DNA of 63,662 nt, the filler included, from Stramenopiles sp. TOSAG23-6 (Eukaryota), in assembly GCA_900128565.1 (NCBI GenBank). It is 7 parts of 7 records of this genome, joined end to end, with 100 filler letters (N's around TTAATTAATTAA, not from the genome) between each part and the next. Parts side by side here need not be neighbours in the genome. Positions count along the whole stretch, not along the records: positions 1 to 12,060 come from LT636220.1; positions 12,161 to 24,215 come from LT636221.1; positions 24,316 to 36,370 come from LT636222.1; 4 more parts are not named here. One strand, 5' to 3'. Positions 11,345 to 24,527 of this stretch are shown here, one piece after another. Numbering within the stretch: position 1 is the first letter of the stretch; each line of letters starts with the position of its first letter. The notes beneath the pieces are model-generated. The model did no database searches. It was not told the DNA's origin and saw nothing but the letters and a program-made list of their open reading frames with translations. The position numbers and the translations under genes are program-made.

Positions 11345-12007
11345 ATGAGCATTCTAGCAATAATAAATAGTTTGATGCTTGTCGCTTGCATCGCTGCCGC
11401 GGATTGTGGTAAAAATTCACATTCTGAAGGTGACTCTTGCGTATGCGACATTGGTTTTACCGCAGGTCCTGGTGGAACTTGTGTCCTCGTGAAAATGGAC
11501 GAAACACCGGCCAACAAATGTCCTCAGAATTCGTATGAAAAAGATGGTGGATGTACGTGTAATGATGGTTTTCAACCCAATACAAATGGAACAGGTTGCG
11601 AGAAAGTTCCTGTCAATCAATGCCCTGAAAATACCCACCAAACAAAAGAAGGATGTGCGTGTAACGACGGTTTCGTACCGAGCTCTGACGGTAAAAAGTG
11701 TGTACCTCATTCACCGTGTCCTGAAAATTCGCACAAAGATGGAGATGGATGTATATGCAATGATGGTCATAAACCAAATAAAGATGGTACTGGTTGTGAA
11801 AAACATGTTGAAAGCACTCATAGCTGTCCCGAGAATGCAATTCCAGATACCGCGTCACCCGGTACCTGTGTGTGTAAGGAAGGATTTGGTCCTAACTCTG
11901 ACGGCAGTGCGTGTGTGGTAGTAGAGGGCGTGGAATCAGTGGATAGCCCACTTTTATTTACTCTTCCCCTCGATATTGATGGCCGTTCCGTAGAACTGTT
12001 TTACCAT
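11345..12007 (+). CDS. Secreted cysteine-rich EGF-like repeat protein (3'-truncated; intron starts at 12008)
   Basis: Signal-like N-terminus; five CPxNS...CxCxxG(F/H)...C repeats; contig ends inside an intron. Confidence 0.8.
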
Positions 12008-12060
12008 GTATGTTTTATTTTTTTTTCAATTTCGAATTTATTTTTCATACGAAATTTTGT

Positions 12061-12160
12061 NNNNNNNNNNNNNNNNNNNNNNNNNNNNNNNNNNNNNNNN
12101 NNNNTTAATTAATTAANNNNNNNNNNNNNNNNNNNNNNNNNNNNNNNNNNNNNNNNNNNN
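12061..12160. other. Artificial contig spacer
   Basis: N-run with central TTAATTAATTAA (stops in all six frames), 100 nt. Confidence 0.98.
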
Positions 12161-12586
12161 ACCCCAACCAAATGCACGATTATTACAATATTTTCGATCT
12201 ATGTCAATAGTTAGAAAGTGTTTTACTAGCTTATCGTCTGGGTGCATGAAGCTTCCATTCTTGATGAGTTTAATCTTCTTCAACGCTTTTTCAGTCACTT
12301 TCTTCTCAAATTTATCTAGCACAATCTTTTTTAATTCACCAACTGTTGTTTTTTTCAAGTGTAATTTTACATTGACTGGAAGTCGTTTTCGTTCTTTACC
12401 TAATATTTTCTCTTCCAACGTGGGTGGGGACTGATCAAAGACTACAACTGTAACCCAGTCTGTCATTTTATGTAGTTTCTTTTCCAATTCTTTTATTTTT
12501 ATTCTGTGTTCTTCAGGAAGACGTTCCCATGGTGTAATAGGATCTTCCTCGCTTTCATCAAGATGTGGCATATCATCGTCAGACAT
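12161..12586 (-). CDS. Hypothetical protein with ubiquitin-like fold segment (3'-truncated)
   Basis: TTVGELKKIV...KIKLIKNGSFMHPDDKLV resembles a UBL domain. Confidence 0.5.
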
Positions 12587-12865
12587 CTTTTATTATTTCT
12601 GTCCGGTATGACTGTTCTATTGTTTAATCACCGTAAAAATATATTCTATCTATACGAACAACAATCTTTTATGCTTGTGACTTGCTTTACGGTTACAACA
12701 GTCAAGTCAACTTTTTTTAAAGCATCTTTGTTCCATTTTGACAACTCAACTAGTAACTGTTACTTACTTTCAATCAACTACAAAAAGCTTCTTGTCATCA
12801 AAGACCTACAAAAGATGCTTCGTGAGTAATATTTTGAACATTGTAGAATAGTTTTATCTTCAAAA

Positions 12866-14576
12866 ATGTTTGGTATGTCAGGTGGCATCGATACACTTCA
12901 AGTGGCTCGAGACCGAGCTCGTATGGAGGAATCGGGAAAGTTATTTGACTGGCAGCGAGAATTGCCTCATCCCCGTGATATCTCAACTGGTGGGACAGGA
13001 CCTTTAGCAGATAGAGTTGCTACTATACATGCAGATCAGAAAGCAATTTTACGTGCTCATATAAATGCTTTAGGTCCAAGTCAACAAGCTGCACTTCAAA
13101 ATATAAAGAATAAATATTCAATACGAAAGAAGTTTAGAAAAATTGTAAAGAAGAAAATCAATATGGAATTACCACCTGAACCCTATGGGGAGTATTGGGG
13201 TGTATCAAAAGGTGCTATTCTCACAGACAATGACCCATATGGATTAACTGGTATTTGGGATAAGCCATCAGGTGATGGTTTAACATCTGTATTAAAAGCA
13301 TTAATGTTAATTATTAAGCGAGAAATGATGCAACAGGGAGTTGAAAAACCATTTCAATTACCACAACAAGCTCTCTCCGCTGCTTGCAAAAATTATTACC
13401 CAGATAGTGTTTGGGACGAAGATAAAGATTATTTTGTCCAATTACGACATAAAGCAGCTAGAGCTGCCTTTCAGAAACAACAGGTAAAATCAGGAAGTCA
13501 TAATAATTTTTGTCATCCAGATAAAATTCTCTATGCATTTGATAGGAAATCAACTACTTCAAATAAATATGAAAAAAAAGCAAAACGTATGAATCGAAAA
13601 AGTTTTCTAGGTGTATTAGAAAAAGAACTCCTCATTGGTACAGCTTTACCATTGATACAAAAAGGAACAAATAAAGCGTTAAACTGGCAGAAATTACAAC
13701 ATAGAGCATGGAAATATCGACGTCAACGCTGTGCACATTTGTTACATACTATAGAAAAAGAACAAAAATTAGAACTGGCACGTCAAAAAACTTTACAATC
13801 TGGACAATTTCGTTCTGCGGATCCTCAAGTCATACTTGATCAACAAGTAAAATATGCCAAAGAACGTGCTGAAGCGGCTGATAAATGTTTACGAATATTA
13901 CAAGATTATGGACTAATTACTGCAACAGAAATGTACGTTTGATATGAATTTCTAATTTATTTATTTTTCATACGAAATTTCGTACCTAACGATATTTTCA
14001 ACTAAACTTTTTTTTTCACAATACATGGCTTCATACTTGCAACATACATTAAAAGGATATAAGATAGAATCTAGTACAATGGATGATGATTCTGCAAATA
14101 TGAGTATGAATCAAGTAAAGAAAGCAAAGAAAAATGCTGATGCTATGGTTCATGCTGAAGTCGCATATCTTCGACAATGTCCTGAAATGAAATATTGGAG
14201 ACCAAGTGAAGCTGCATTAGCCAAGTTTAAATCTCCAAAACCACCTCCATTAACTGCTAAAGAATTAGTGCCTGACTTGAAAAGTTTTGCTGGAATTGTT
14301 TTTGCACAGAAAAATTTAGAATATGCAAAAAATCCTGCACAAATTAAGTTATATAATAGACTTACAAAACGTGGAATATTTCATGAAAATCTTCCACCTT
14401 TGTCTGTTCACTTACGAGATGGTGTACAAAGTGGATATTTAAAAACAGGAAAGACTTATGCTGGTCTATTTGGTAGAGGTTTAGCTGAAATCAGTGGACG
14501 ACGAATTCACAATGCTAGAAGTAAACATATTGGTTTATTTGGAGCTATACCTGAAGATTCATATAAAATTATTTAG
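12866..14576 (+). CDS. Hypothetical protein, 2 exons (intron 13933-14026, GT-AT)
   Basis: Removing the intron joins ORFs 12866 and 14025 in frame (GAA AT|G GCT). Confidence 0.75.
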
Positions 14577-14688
14577 AAGTAAACATATTGGTTTATTTGG
14601 AGCTATACCTGAAGATTCATACATAAAATTATACATTTTTAAAAAATTGTTCAAATTAAAATTTATTTTTTACCAAAACAATTTTTTT

Positions 14689-17477
14689 TTATCCTTCAGC
14701 ATTAATTCCTTCCCATAATTGAGAATGAAAGAAACCACCATTACCTTTCGTTGTTTTCCGTGCAATCATTGCAGTTCTCTTCAAACTCTGAACTAATTCA
14801 ACATTTGCTTGTAAAAACGAAGGTTCATGGTAATGAATCTTGTGCTTTGCACATAAAGCACGTGTTAATTTTCGTGCTTCACGAAGATTATGTCGAGGTA
14901 AACGTGGCCATAAATGATGTTCAATTTGAAATTGTAAACCTCCATGAAACCAATCCATTGCAGGTGAACACGAAACATTCATTGTTGTTGCAACTTGCAT
15001 TTTAAACCATTCATCACTATCATCATTATATGCCTGACCATGATACGTTTTCATTGTAAAATGGGAAATACATATTTGTACATGTAATATACCAGCTAAT
15101 CCATGGGATATTAAAAGAAATGCAACACGTTGGAGCCATGTATCACCACTACTATATACCAAAGGAAGCATCCAACCATGGAAAAACAATAATGAAAGAA
15201 AAGACCAAAACCTCCATGCGACTTTTTCTTTTGTATCACATAGCAAAATAAATGATTGAATGTATAAATTGAATCGTGCAACTCCCATTATAGGATAGAA
15301 CAAGTAATGTTGATACGATACAAGAAACCGTGCAATAGAATCCATTATCATATGTTTTTGATGATATGTTGACCAAAATCCTTTTGTATCATCAAATATC
15401 TTTTCATCAACTGCAAATACTGGTAAATGTTGAATATCTGGATCATTTTCAACAGAATTACATACAACATGATGTACATTATGTGACCGTTTCCACCAAT
15501 TTAATCCAATTCCACCAGATGTATTTAATAAACACAAACCTGCCCATTGATCACGTTCACGTTCATGTGAAATACTAGAGTGTCCACAATCATGACCAAC
15601 AAAAGCAATTTGTTGCCAAAAACAAGCTAAAAAAAAAGCACCTACCAGTGAGGTATGAAATCCGTCACAAAATAGAGTAAAATATATAACTAAACTAAAT
15701 AACATTATTAACCAAATGGATAATATAATGTAATAACTCGCATTTGTTTCAAATAATCCTCTGCGTAAAAGAATTTGACGAATTTCACGATGTTCCTTTG
15801 CAAATTCAGACTCTTTATAATCAACTATTTCACCAATGTAATAAGAAGGAAGGAGTTTTTCATATACTCTTGCTGGATGTATTGTAAATATATATATATA
15901 TGTATATTTTTGTAAGTTAAAATGTTTTGTGAGGTACGCAATTTCGTACGAAATTGTTTTTTTTTTGAGATTTAAAATTTGAAATGAAGACAACATACAT
16001 GATAATTAGCAAATGCATCAGTTACATCTTTACCACCTAAATTTACCAATGGAAGCCAACCTCCAGGATGATTATCAATATATTTTGTAATATCATACGC
16101 TTTACCTTCAATACATATCCATGTAATTTTGAATAATATTTCAAACATTTGATATTTTTTTGTTAGGTACAATTTTTTTTTTTTTTTTTTTTAAATTTAA
16201 ATTTTTTTTTTGTATAAAAAAAACGGACATAAACTCTCACGAGAATTATGTTTAGCTACTTCAGCCATAGTTATTCCTTTTCCATTTCGACTAGCAATGA
16301 ATGCTTTTGCTGCTTCAACTTTAGCTTTTCTATAAAACACAGATGGCGCTAAAACCGCTTTGCCTTCTTCTTCTCTCCATACCATTTTAGGGTTAGGGTT
16401 AATACCACCATCAACTTTTGAAATTCCATTCCTATTATTTTTATGATTTTTTTCATTTTGAATTTTATTTAATCGAATTTCTTGACGTTTTTGTTCTTCC
16501 ACAGTAGAAAAGACACTACCACTATTCTTATCATGACTCTTTGCAAGTCGTGCACTAACAGTTGCAGTCCGTTGAGTCGTTCTCTTCAAATCTAATTGTG
16601 TAAGGCAAATCTCTCCAATGACACAAACAATTAATCCTCCACATCCACCAACTAATGTAGCAGTTAGCATAGGTAAACGGGCAGCAGTACAAAACGAATG
16701 CGACGAAGAAATCAATAATAACCAAGAAACAGTTTCTACGGCAGATCTAATAGTAAATAATTGCCAATTATCAGCGCAATGCACTAGTCGATTATGAACA
16801 ATGGATCCAATGACACTTGTTGGTGTAGATAATAAGCATAGCTGACTCAAAGTGACTAAACAAACTGCCGCTAAAAATGCTTGTATTACAGGATTAATAC
16901 CGATACGATTTGTCATTGCAAAGAACAAAACACCAACTAGACACCACTGTTCAGGGGCGAATAAACCTTGAAAACGCCACTTTTGAACTAATGACGAACT
17001 ACACAGGAATTTTTGTGCCGAAGTACAAATTGAAGTCAAAATGTCACCTGTGACTAGTAAGGCAATCCCACTAGAAGCACCACCAATGTATGTTAAACAA
17101 AACGAATTATATACACTATGAAGTTTTACAGAGACATATATAAAGGACGACAACTCAACAAACGACCGTAGTGCGTTGTTCACCCAATTGTATTGCATTC
17201 TAGTTACCCTATCCAGAATAATATGAGCTGGATGAGCACAAATACCAAGATACTCAAACATGATACCAATTAACATTAAGAGAAGACAAGTGAAGAGAAC
17301 TGTACCAATTGTTTCAAAATCATTGGGAGAGGTAAGTGTAGTTGGAAGAGCCAAGATGGCACAAACAGGGCCAAAGACCTGCGGACGACTTTGCAGCAAT
17401 TCAGTCAAGTTCGATTTTCCAGTAGCAGAGGCTTCAGCCTTTACCGGAGTAGAATGCGCACTCTTTACTTTTGCCAT
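14689..17477 (-). CDS. Cytochrome b5-fused front-end (delta6/delta8 sphingolipid-type) desaturase with long N-terminal membrane extension (introns 16121-16228, 15877-15998; both GT-AT)
   Basis: HPGG haem motif; HDCGH, HNVHH and QIEHH His boxes; KHNSRESL-W and ANYH|P restored across introns. Confidence 0.92.
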
Positions 17478-17854
17478 AGATGGTACTCACACCTTACAAC
17501 CCGATGTATACCAAAGAATGTACGAAGCACGACGAATTTAGAGACACAACCGAAACACAAGAATTATTACGTAATACTTGGAGTACAGGTCTACGTAAGA
17601 AAAGATGGAGAAAATCTTCTTCTTGCGAGTAACGAACGACACGCGTCAAATTGTGTAGTACCGGGTATCCACCGAAACGAAATTGTTTTCAGTTGTTTTG
17701 TAGTATCTTGGAGCACGAATACAAAGATACACTCTTTCAGTTATATTTAGATTTCTCAGAAAACCCTTTATACTATTTTCCATGTCATCAAAATACATAT
17801 AAGATTATATCACATATATAATATATATATATATATCAGTTACAGTAAAAGAGT

Positions 17855-18766
17855 ATGAAAAAATCATCTAAAATACGAGCTCCACAATTACCTTGGATGC
17901 AACCGAAAGTTTCTAATGACAACTCTGGTCAAGATATTTATTCTAGTCGTTCAAATACACTTTATTCAAACAGATCAAATAAAATAAATCCAAGCAATAA
18001 TTGTAATGATGTTGTGAATGAAAATAAATCATATACAATAGAGTCTTCATTATATAATTCTAGTTCAAAAGATATGCTTGAATCGTCTAATTGTAATTTA
18101 GTTGTACGTGCACCAAAACAACTGTATCCAATAACTTGTACTGAAAAAAATATTTGGTTAAGAGAACAAATGTCATTTTATGAGAAATTATGTGATAAAG
18201 CATGGGAAAGACAACGTCATGAAATTGCAAATATAATTAAACAAAGATTGCAAGCTACAGAAAAAGCAATTTTAGATTCAAATATTGTAACACAAAAGAA
18301 AATGACTGAAATGTGGCAAGTTCACTTGGAGAAACAAAACGTATTAGTACGCGAAGAGTTTAATAGAATACAAAATGAATATATACATTCTGATTCTATT
18401 AAAAATAAGATCAATAATGAAACAGTGAATCCTNAAAAAGTACAAAATTCGTTTCATAATAATTTGGAAAATAAGATCAATAATGAAACAGTGAATCCTC
18501 AAAAAATACAAAATTCGTTTGATACAAAACGTTTGAGTGAAAAAGATAATTATTTTGATGAGACATCTAGACTGAATGAAAATAAAAAATTGAGCAATCA
18601 TTTGATATTGACTCAAGACTTTTCAGTAGAAAAAGGAGATATTTTTTCAAATATGGCAAAATTACAGAAAAATGTAGAAAATTTAGCAAGAGAAACTGCT
18701 GAAATTGTCAAATTGTCCTCTACAAAGAAAAATGCAGAAACATTCAAAGAAAAACGTTATTATTAA
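17855..18766 (+). CDS. Hypothetical coiled-coil, N/S-rich protein
   Basis: 303-aa ORF; no recognisable domain. Confidence 0.55.
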   Translation: MKKSSKIRAPQLPWMQPKVSNDNSGQDIYSSRSNTLYSNRSNKINPSNNCNDVVNENKSYTIESSLYNSSSKDMLESSNCNLVVRAPKQLYPITCTEKNIWLREQMSFYEKLCDKAWERQRHEIANIIKQRLQATEKAILDSNIVTQKKMTEMWQVHLEKQNVLVREEFNRIQNEYIHSDSIKNKINNETVNPXKVQNSFHNNLENKINNETVNPQKIQNSFDTKRLSEKDNYFDETSRLNENKKLSNHLILTQDFSVEKGDIFSNMAKLQKNVENLARETAEIVKLSSTKKNAETFKEKRYY

Positions 18767-19068
18767 TTTTTTTTTAGGTACAAAATTTTGTACGAAAAAA
18801 AAAAATTATACACAATTAGAAAAACAGTACAATAAAGAAATGCATTAATATTTTATATCAATACGAATTTCAAATATTCTATTTTTTGTATTTTTTGTAT
18901 TTTTTGTATTTTGTGTAATATGTTTTTAACAAATCAATTCAAATCAACTCAAAAACTCAAAGAAATTGAAAAAAGATCAAAAATATTCAGAAAAAAAATG
19001 ATTTTTTTTAATAGCTTCAGTAGGTTTTTGTATAACTTTCATTATATTTTTTCAACATTTCAATTTTT

Positions 19069-21062
19069 TTAAATAGCTTCAGTAGGTTTTTGTATAACTT
19101 CCATTAATTTTTCCAACATTTCAACATTAGCCATATTACTTTCTTGTAAATGTTTAAATCTGTCCAATGGTAAAGATTGTAACTTTCTTACTTTTTGGAC
19201 TTCTTGACGTAATAATGATGCATCTGCTTCCAATACAAGAATTCGTTTTTCTGCTTGTGCCAATTTTCTGCGACAGTTTTGTTCTGCGACTTCAAAACGT
19301 TCTGCATTTGTTTGAGCAGTTCTGTGTTTTGTATGTAATTCTGTATTTTCTCGGTCTAAAGTACTACATTGTTCACGATAATCACGTGTTTGTTGCTCTG
19401 CTTCATCCACTCGGCGACGTAATAATGCATTTTCCTCTTGAGCTGTTGCATGTTGAACTTCCATATTCGTTTGAGCATCTCTAGAAACACGAAATGCAGC
19501 AGTTATCTCAGCTAAGGCTACTTTATTCATTGCACTATTATTCTTTACAATTCCATGTTCACGTTGAAATAATTCATGTTTTGTGAAACAATATTTTTTT
19601 TATTTTTTTTTTTTAGTAAAAAAATCTACAATTAGGTATAAAAATTCACACTAAAAAAACATAAATGATAAACACGTACATGTCGTTTTCCTAGATCATC
19701 ATGTTTATCCAAGGTACTTTTTAATTTATCAGTGAGTTCATTATTTTTTTTTTCCAATTCAACATTAGTTTTAACCAATTCTGAACAATCTTCTTGTGCC
19801 TTTGTAGCTAACGCTTCAAACTGCTCCATTTTCTTTACTGCTTGTCTTTTTTCTATCTCTGCTTTATGTAAGGCAGATATAGTATTTGTTAATTTATTGG
19901 ACGTGTCAGTTAAAATCGATTCAGTTGTCAATAATTTATCTTTTATTGTACTGTGTTTTGCATGAACTTCTGAGTGTTTATCACCAATTTCATCAACTTG
20001 TTTCTTTGCAACATTTAAATCTAATTCAAATTGTTTTATCGTTGCATGTGCTTTACGTAACTTTGTGCTGTGATCTGCGTGTGCTTCTTCAAGCCGAGAT
20101 GTGGCACTACTCAATTCACTCTGCACTGCACTCATTTGTGTTTCCAAGGCTTGCGCTCTTTTTCTTGAAGCAATGTTACCATGTGTTTTTTCTTTCAATC
20201 TTTTTTCTAATGATTGTTCACGACGAAGCATATCTTCTTTATGTGCTTCCAAACGAGCTTCCCATAATGATAACTGTTCATTTTGTGCTTGTACTAATAT
20301 AACCTGATCACGGACTTTTTTTTCCATTTTGAGTCGATCATCTCGTTGCTCAAGACGAGCTCTATCATACGCCGCTTGTACATCCGCTAAAGTTTTACCA
20401 AGTGAGACAGATGCACCTGGAGCTTTTTCTCGAGTATCTGATATTGGCACAAGTGTAGAAGGCATTTTTGGAACCTTGAAAGACGCTGATGGAATATTTA
20501 CAGGAGGTAAACTGTTGGAGTGTTGAGATGGTTCTGAGAACGAAGGCATTGTTGGGGGTTCTGTTTCTTCTTCTTCCCACGAAGTTTCAGTTTTATCTAC
20601 ATTTTTTGTTTCCACTTTTTTCTCTTCTTGTACAACTGAAATAGATTCAACGGAATGTACATTCATGCTTATGTCACTTGGAATTGCACCACCAACTTGC
20701 TGTTGTCGAAGAACAGCACACTCCATCTCTAATAAGTATATCTGTTGGCGAAGATTATACGTCATTGCATTAGGACTCTCTGATCCTGGTGCAAGATCAT
20801 CCACAGGACTCACATTTTTTGGTGCAGATGTCTTTTCAAATTTATAACCTTCTAAACCAGAAGCTATATCAAGACCAATACCAGCTTCAGTCATTTCACG
20901 TTTTAACTCTTCTAAAGCATCCGTCCGTGGGGAATCACCTCCTCGACGATTTGAATAACCATTACTCTTTGAAACTTTATTCTTTATCTTTCTATTTGAT
21001 CGTGGAGGCCGATACGATCCACGAGAAGAATTGCTGCGATGTTTTCCATTCAACTGTCGCAT
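19069..21062 (-). CDS. Long coiled-coil protein, 2 exons (intron 19576-19679, GT-AT)
   Basis: Removing the intron joins ORFs 19632..21062 and 19069..19530 in frame; heptad-rich. Confidence 0.78.
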
Positions 21063-21327
21063 GACTAAATGTAGAGAAAGAACTCGTACTAAGTCTTGTG
21101 ATGAGTTTTTTCAAATTTTNCCAGAGGTTTTTCGGTTTTTCATTGTCGTTTTTCATTCATTTGAAAATTGAAAAAAATGAAAATTTAAATTTTTTTTTCA
21201 AAACAGGTTTGTCAAATTTTCTTATTTTTTGAAATTTTTTCATCTCTCGTTTATTTTGAAACGAAACATATACAATAAGATATTAGTAAGTAGTAAACAC
21301 TACAATTTCGTATCTTGATTATTTTCA

Positions 21328-22116
21328 TCATCGTGACCTTGACGAAATAATGTGCGACCGTACTAAGTATGTAAAAATGCTAGTAAATATAACTACTCCT
21401 GCTGCTAAATAAATATGCGGAATTCCAAAGATTGGATCTCCAAGCAAATCTCCAAGAAAATGTATTATTTCATAACGAGCACGATTTCCACGAAATACGG
21501 ATTGAATTTTGGTTACTGCTTTTACTCTTTCTGTGTGATCTTTTTTTCGGCGAAATAACGATTGGATTTTGGTGACTGCTTTTACTGTTTCTAGAAGATC
21601 TTCACGAATCTCTTCTTCGTTTTCTTGAATTTTTTCTTCGTTTTCTTGAATTTTGGCTGCTACTTTTGCTACTTTTATCACGGGTAGTACCTGTGCTTTT
21701 ACTACCTCCGATGTTGCTGCTTTCACTGTCGCCTCTTTACGTGGACTTCTTGTGCCACGTCTGTTCCTTTTTTTTTCCAATCTGGCTGTTGTCTCAGCTA
21801 ACTCCTTCAGAGCATCAACATCAGAGTACTTGTCCAATTGGTTGTCTTCCTGTAGCGTGAGTGTGCTAGGGCTGAGTGCTCCGCCAGGGCTGGGTGGCTT
21901 TCTTGGGCTACGTCTGTTCCTTCTTTCATCCAATTTGGCTGTTGTATTAGCTAACTTCATCAGAGCATCAACATCAGAGTACTTGTCCAATTGGTTGTCG
22001 CCCTGTAACGTTGGTGTGCTAGGGCTGAGCGCTACGTCAGGGCTGGGTGCTACGTCAGAGCTATGTATTAAAAGATATGACGTAAGTAAGATCAGTAGAG
22101 TCAAGTATTTCATCAT
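21328..22116 (-). CDS. Signal-peptide protein with IQ motifs and a C-terminal TM helix
   Basis: Hydrophobic N-terminus, about 50-aa internal repeat, AVTKIQSxFR x2, C-terminal hydrophobic helix. Confidence 0.65.
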   Translation of the reverse strand: MMKYLTLLILLTSYLLIHSSDVAPSPDVALSPSTPTLQGDNQLDKYSDVDALMKLANTTAKLDERRNRRSPRKPPSPGGALSPSTLTLQEDNQLDKYSDVDALKELAETTARLEKKRNRRGTRSPRKEATVKAATSEVVKAQVLPVIKVAKVAAKIQENEEKIQENEEEIREDLLETVKAVTKIQSLFRRKKDHTERVKAVTKIQSVFRGNRARYEIIHFLGDLLGDPIFGIPHIYLAAGVVIFTSIFTYLVRSHIISSRSR

Positions 22117-22404
22117 TTCTGGTGTATCGTACAATTGTTTCCGAAGAAAGACAACTTTGGAAAGAAAGGGTACACCTCGTGTGTTGTTCGTTGTGCAGTG
22201 TTGTCGTCAATGGTAGCAAAATTAAAAATTACACGTGAGCCGTAGGTATATAGTATTATTTTTGGCCGAGTCAAAATCAAAATTCCTTGACCAATCATCA
22301 CCATCTTCGAAATTATCACTTGAAGAAGAATTGTATTCAATTATTCAACATATAATTATATAAACTAGAAAGTTTAGACATTGACAGATAAATATTGCGA
22401 GACA

Positions 22405-23432
22405 ATGCCTGCATATAAATCAGAATTTTATTTACTCCTTCGTTACGTCTTTTACACAGTTTATTTTTGGCTTCATCTGTTATGGATTCGTCTTAATTTG
22501 TGGCTTAGCCAGGCGTGGGTTCCAAAGACAACAGATATTCGACACAAAATAGTAATTATTGGTGATGGTTTTGCTCTTGGCGTTGGCGATTCCGTCATTA
22601 TGGGCGATAAAGCTGGTATATCATCAAAATTAGAGACAGTATTGGCGCATGAGAGTTCTGTTAGACAACAGTGGATGGTTCTTAATCGAGGCCACTTTGG
22701 TGCTACTTCTGCCGACTGGTTACCTGGGGAAGACGTTGGCAAACCGCGTAAAGAGTATGCAGCAGGAGTATCAAAGTCACTATTCAAAGATACATTCGAA
22801 TCACGCCGTTTCTCTGATGCTGAAATTGTTATTGTAATGGTAGGTTACCACGATCATGAAATAGAAGCCTTAAAAGATCCAGAAATTACCCGTAAGAACA
22901 TACAAAAAATTGTGTCTAAATTAATTGAATTGAAAAAACAAGTATTTATCATGGGAATACCTGAAGTAAGACGATGTAATAGCTTGGGGAAAACAACAAA
23001 GGGTAATGTTGGTGCTCCGGCATTATTATGGAATCGTGAAAGAAATAGACTAGTGAGTCAATACATTAAAAGATGTACGTTTTCAAATTTGAATGCTTTA
23101 CCAATTTCAAATTTATTTTTTTTTCATACGAAATTTTGTACCTAACAAAAAAGATCAAAAAAACAATATTTTCCTACAATACATGTAAAGCCATGAAACT
23201 TCCACTTGATTTTGTTGGAGTCAGTCGATTCACTTCAAACAAAATCTTTGGATTTGATACAGTTCATTATAATTCTGTAGGATATAAACAAATTACTTCT
23301 ACACTTTTCAATGCTTTAACAAAAAGTATAACAATGGTTGAATTTGCCACGTGGCGAAAGAAAATTACTCCTGAATTTTCAATTTTGGAGGAATTAGAAA
23401 AAACAAATTCAACAAAAGTAAAAAAATATTGA
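22405..23432 (+). CDS. SGNH/GDSL hydrolase-like membrane-anchored protein (intron 23075-23184, GT-AT)
   Basis: IVIIGDGFALG block I, NRGHFG block II, DTVHYN block V. Confidence 0.75.
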
Positions 23433-23600
23433 AATAAATGTTCAATTCTAGTATATTTATATATAGAGCAACTATACAATAATTTTCTTTTTTTTTTGGT
23501 TGAGGTTTCATCCTCTTTCTTTTTATTTTTTTTATTCTATGTACGATTGTTGTATATTTTTGAAATAATAGTAAAAAAAAATGATAAAGTACAGAATTAT

Positions 23601-24125
23601 CTATGAAAAACCATGTGACATTAGCCAAAGGGCAACATTTGGCCACATATCTTCTTCACATTCATCTCGATCAAGAGAATGATTATCTTTCGGATACCAT
23701 AATAATCGAGTTATACCTATATTATGAAAAAAAATTCAAAAAAAAATCGTTAGGTACAAACTTTCGTACGAAAAAAAAACTAAATTCGAAATTGAAAAAA
23801 AATAAAACATACTTCCATTGGCACGTAAACAATGATAATATTCTAATCCAGTGGATGGTGGAACTCTGAGATCTTTTGCACCTAAACAAAGTAATACTGG
23901 TGTTTTTACATTTGATACATATTTGATAGGACTTGCATCATACATTTGTTGCAATTCTGAAGATGTTGGTGCATGATACTTTTCAAAATTATATGGTAAT
24001 CCTGATTCAACAAAACACCAATCAGGAATATCTGTCGCACCTGACATATTTGCAATATTACAAACAGGATTACGTAATGCAGCAGCTTTAAATATATTTG
24101 GATATTGACCAATTAAATGAGCACC
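23601..24125 (-). CDS. APEH: Acylaminoacyl peptidase (S9C), C-terminal part (intron 23717-23812, GT-AG; 5'-truncated)
   Basis: HLIGQYP, RNPVCN, TDIPDWC, SPIKYV..VKTPVLLCLGAKDLRVP, YPKDNHSL. Confidence 0.88.
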
Positions 24126-24215
24126 ATTTATTGTAAAGAAATATTTTTTTTTTTTTTAATTTTTTTTTTAGTCATGAAATTTTCAATAAAAAAAAAAAAA
24201 AAAAAAAAAAAAAAA

Positions 24216-24315
24216 NNNNNNNNNNNNNNNNNNNNNNNNNNNNNNNNNNNNNNNNNNNNTTAATTAATTAANNNNNNNNNNNNNNNNNNNNNNNNNNNNN
24301 NNNNNNNNNNNNNNN
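24216..24315. other. Artificial contig spacer
   Basis: N-run with TTAATTAATTAA. Confidence 0.98.
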
Positions 24316-24366
24316 TGAAAATTTTGTACCTAACAAATTTCGAATTTAATTTTTTTTACAATACAT

Positions 24367-24488
24367 GTGACGCATTTGAATTAAATGTAGGCTGTCCACA
24401 GCGTGTTGCTCGAAAGAAAAAAATTGGTGCATATTTAATGCGAGATCCCGAACGTTTGATTTCACTTGTAAGTTTTCAAAATTGAATG

Positions 24489-24527
<39 letters not shown>

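Noticed and set aside
12105-12116. TTAATTAATTAA palindrome as a biological site
   Set aside because: Identical in all six N spacers; it is a concatenation linker
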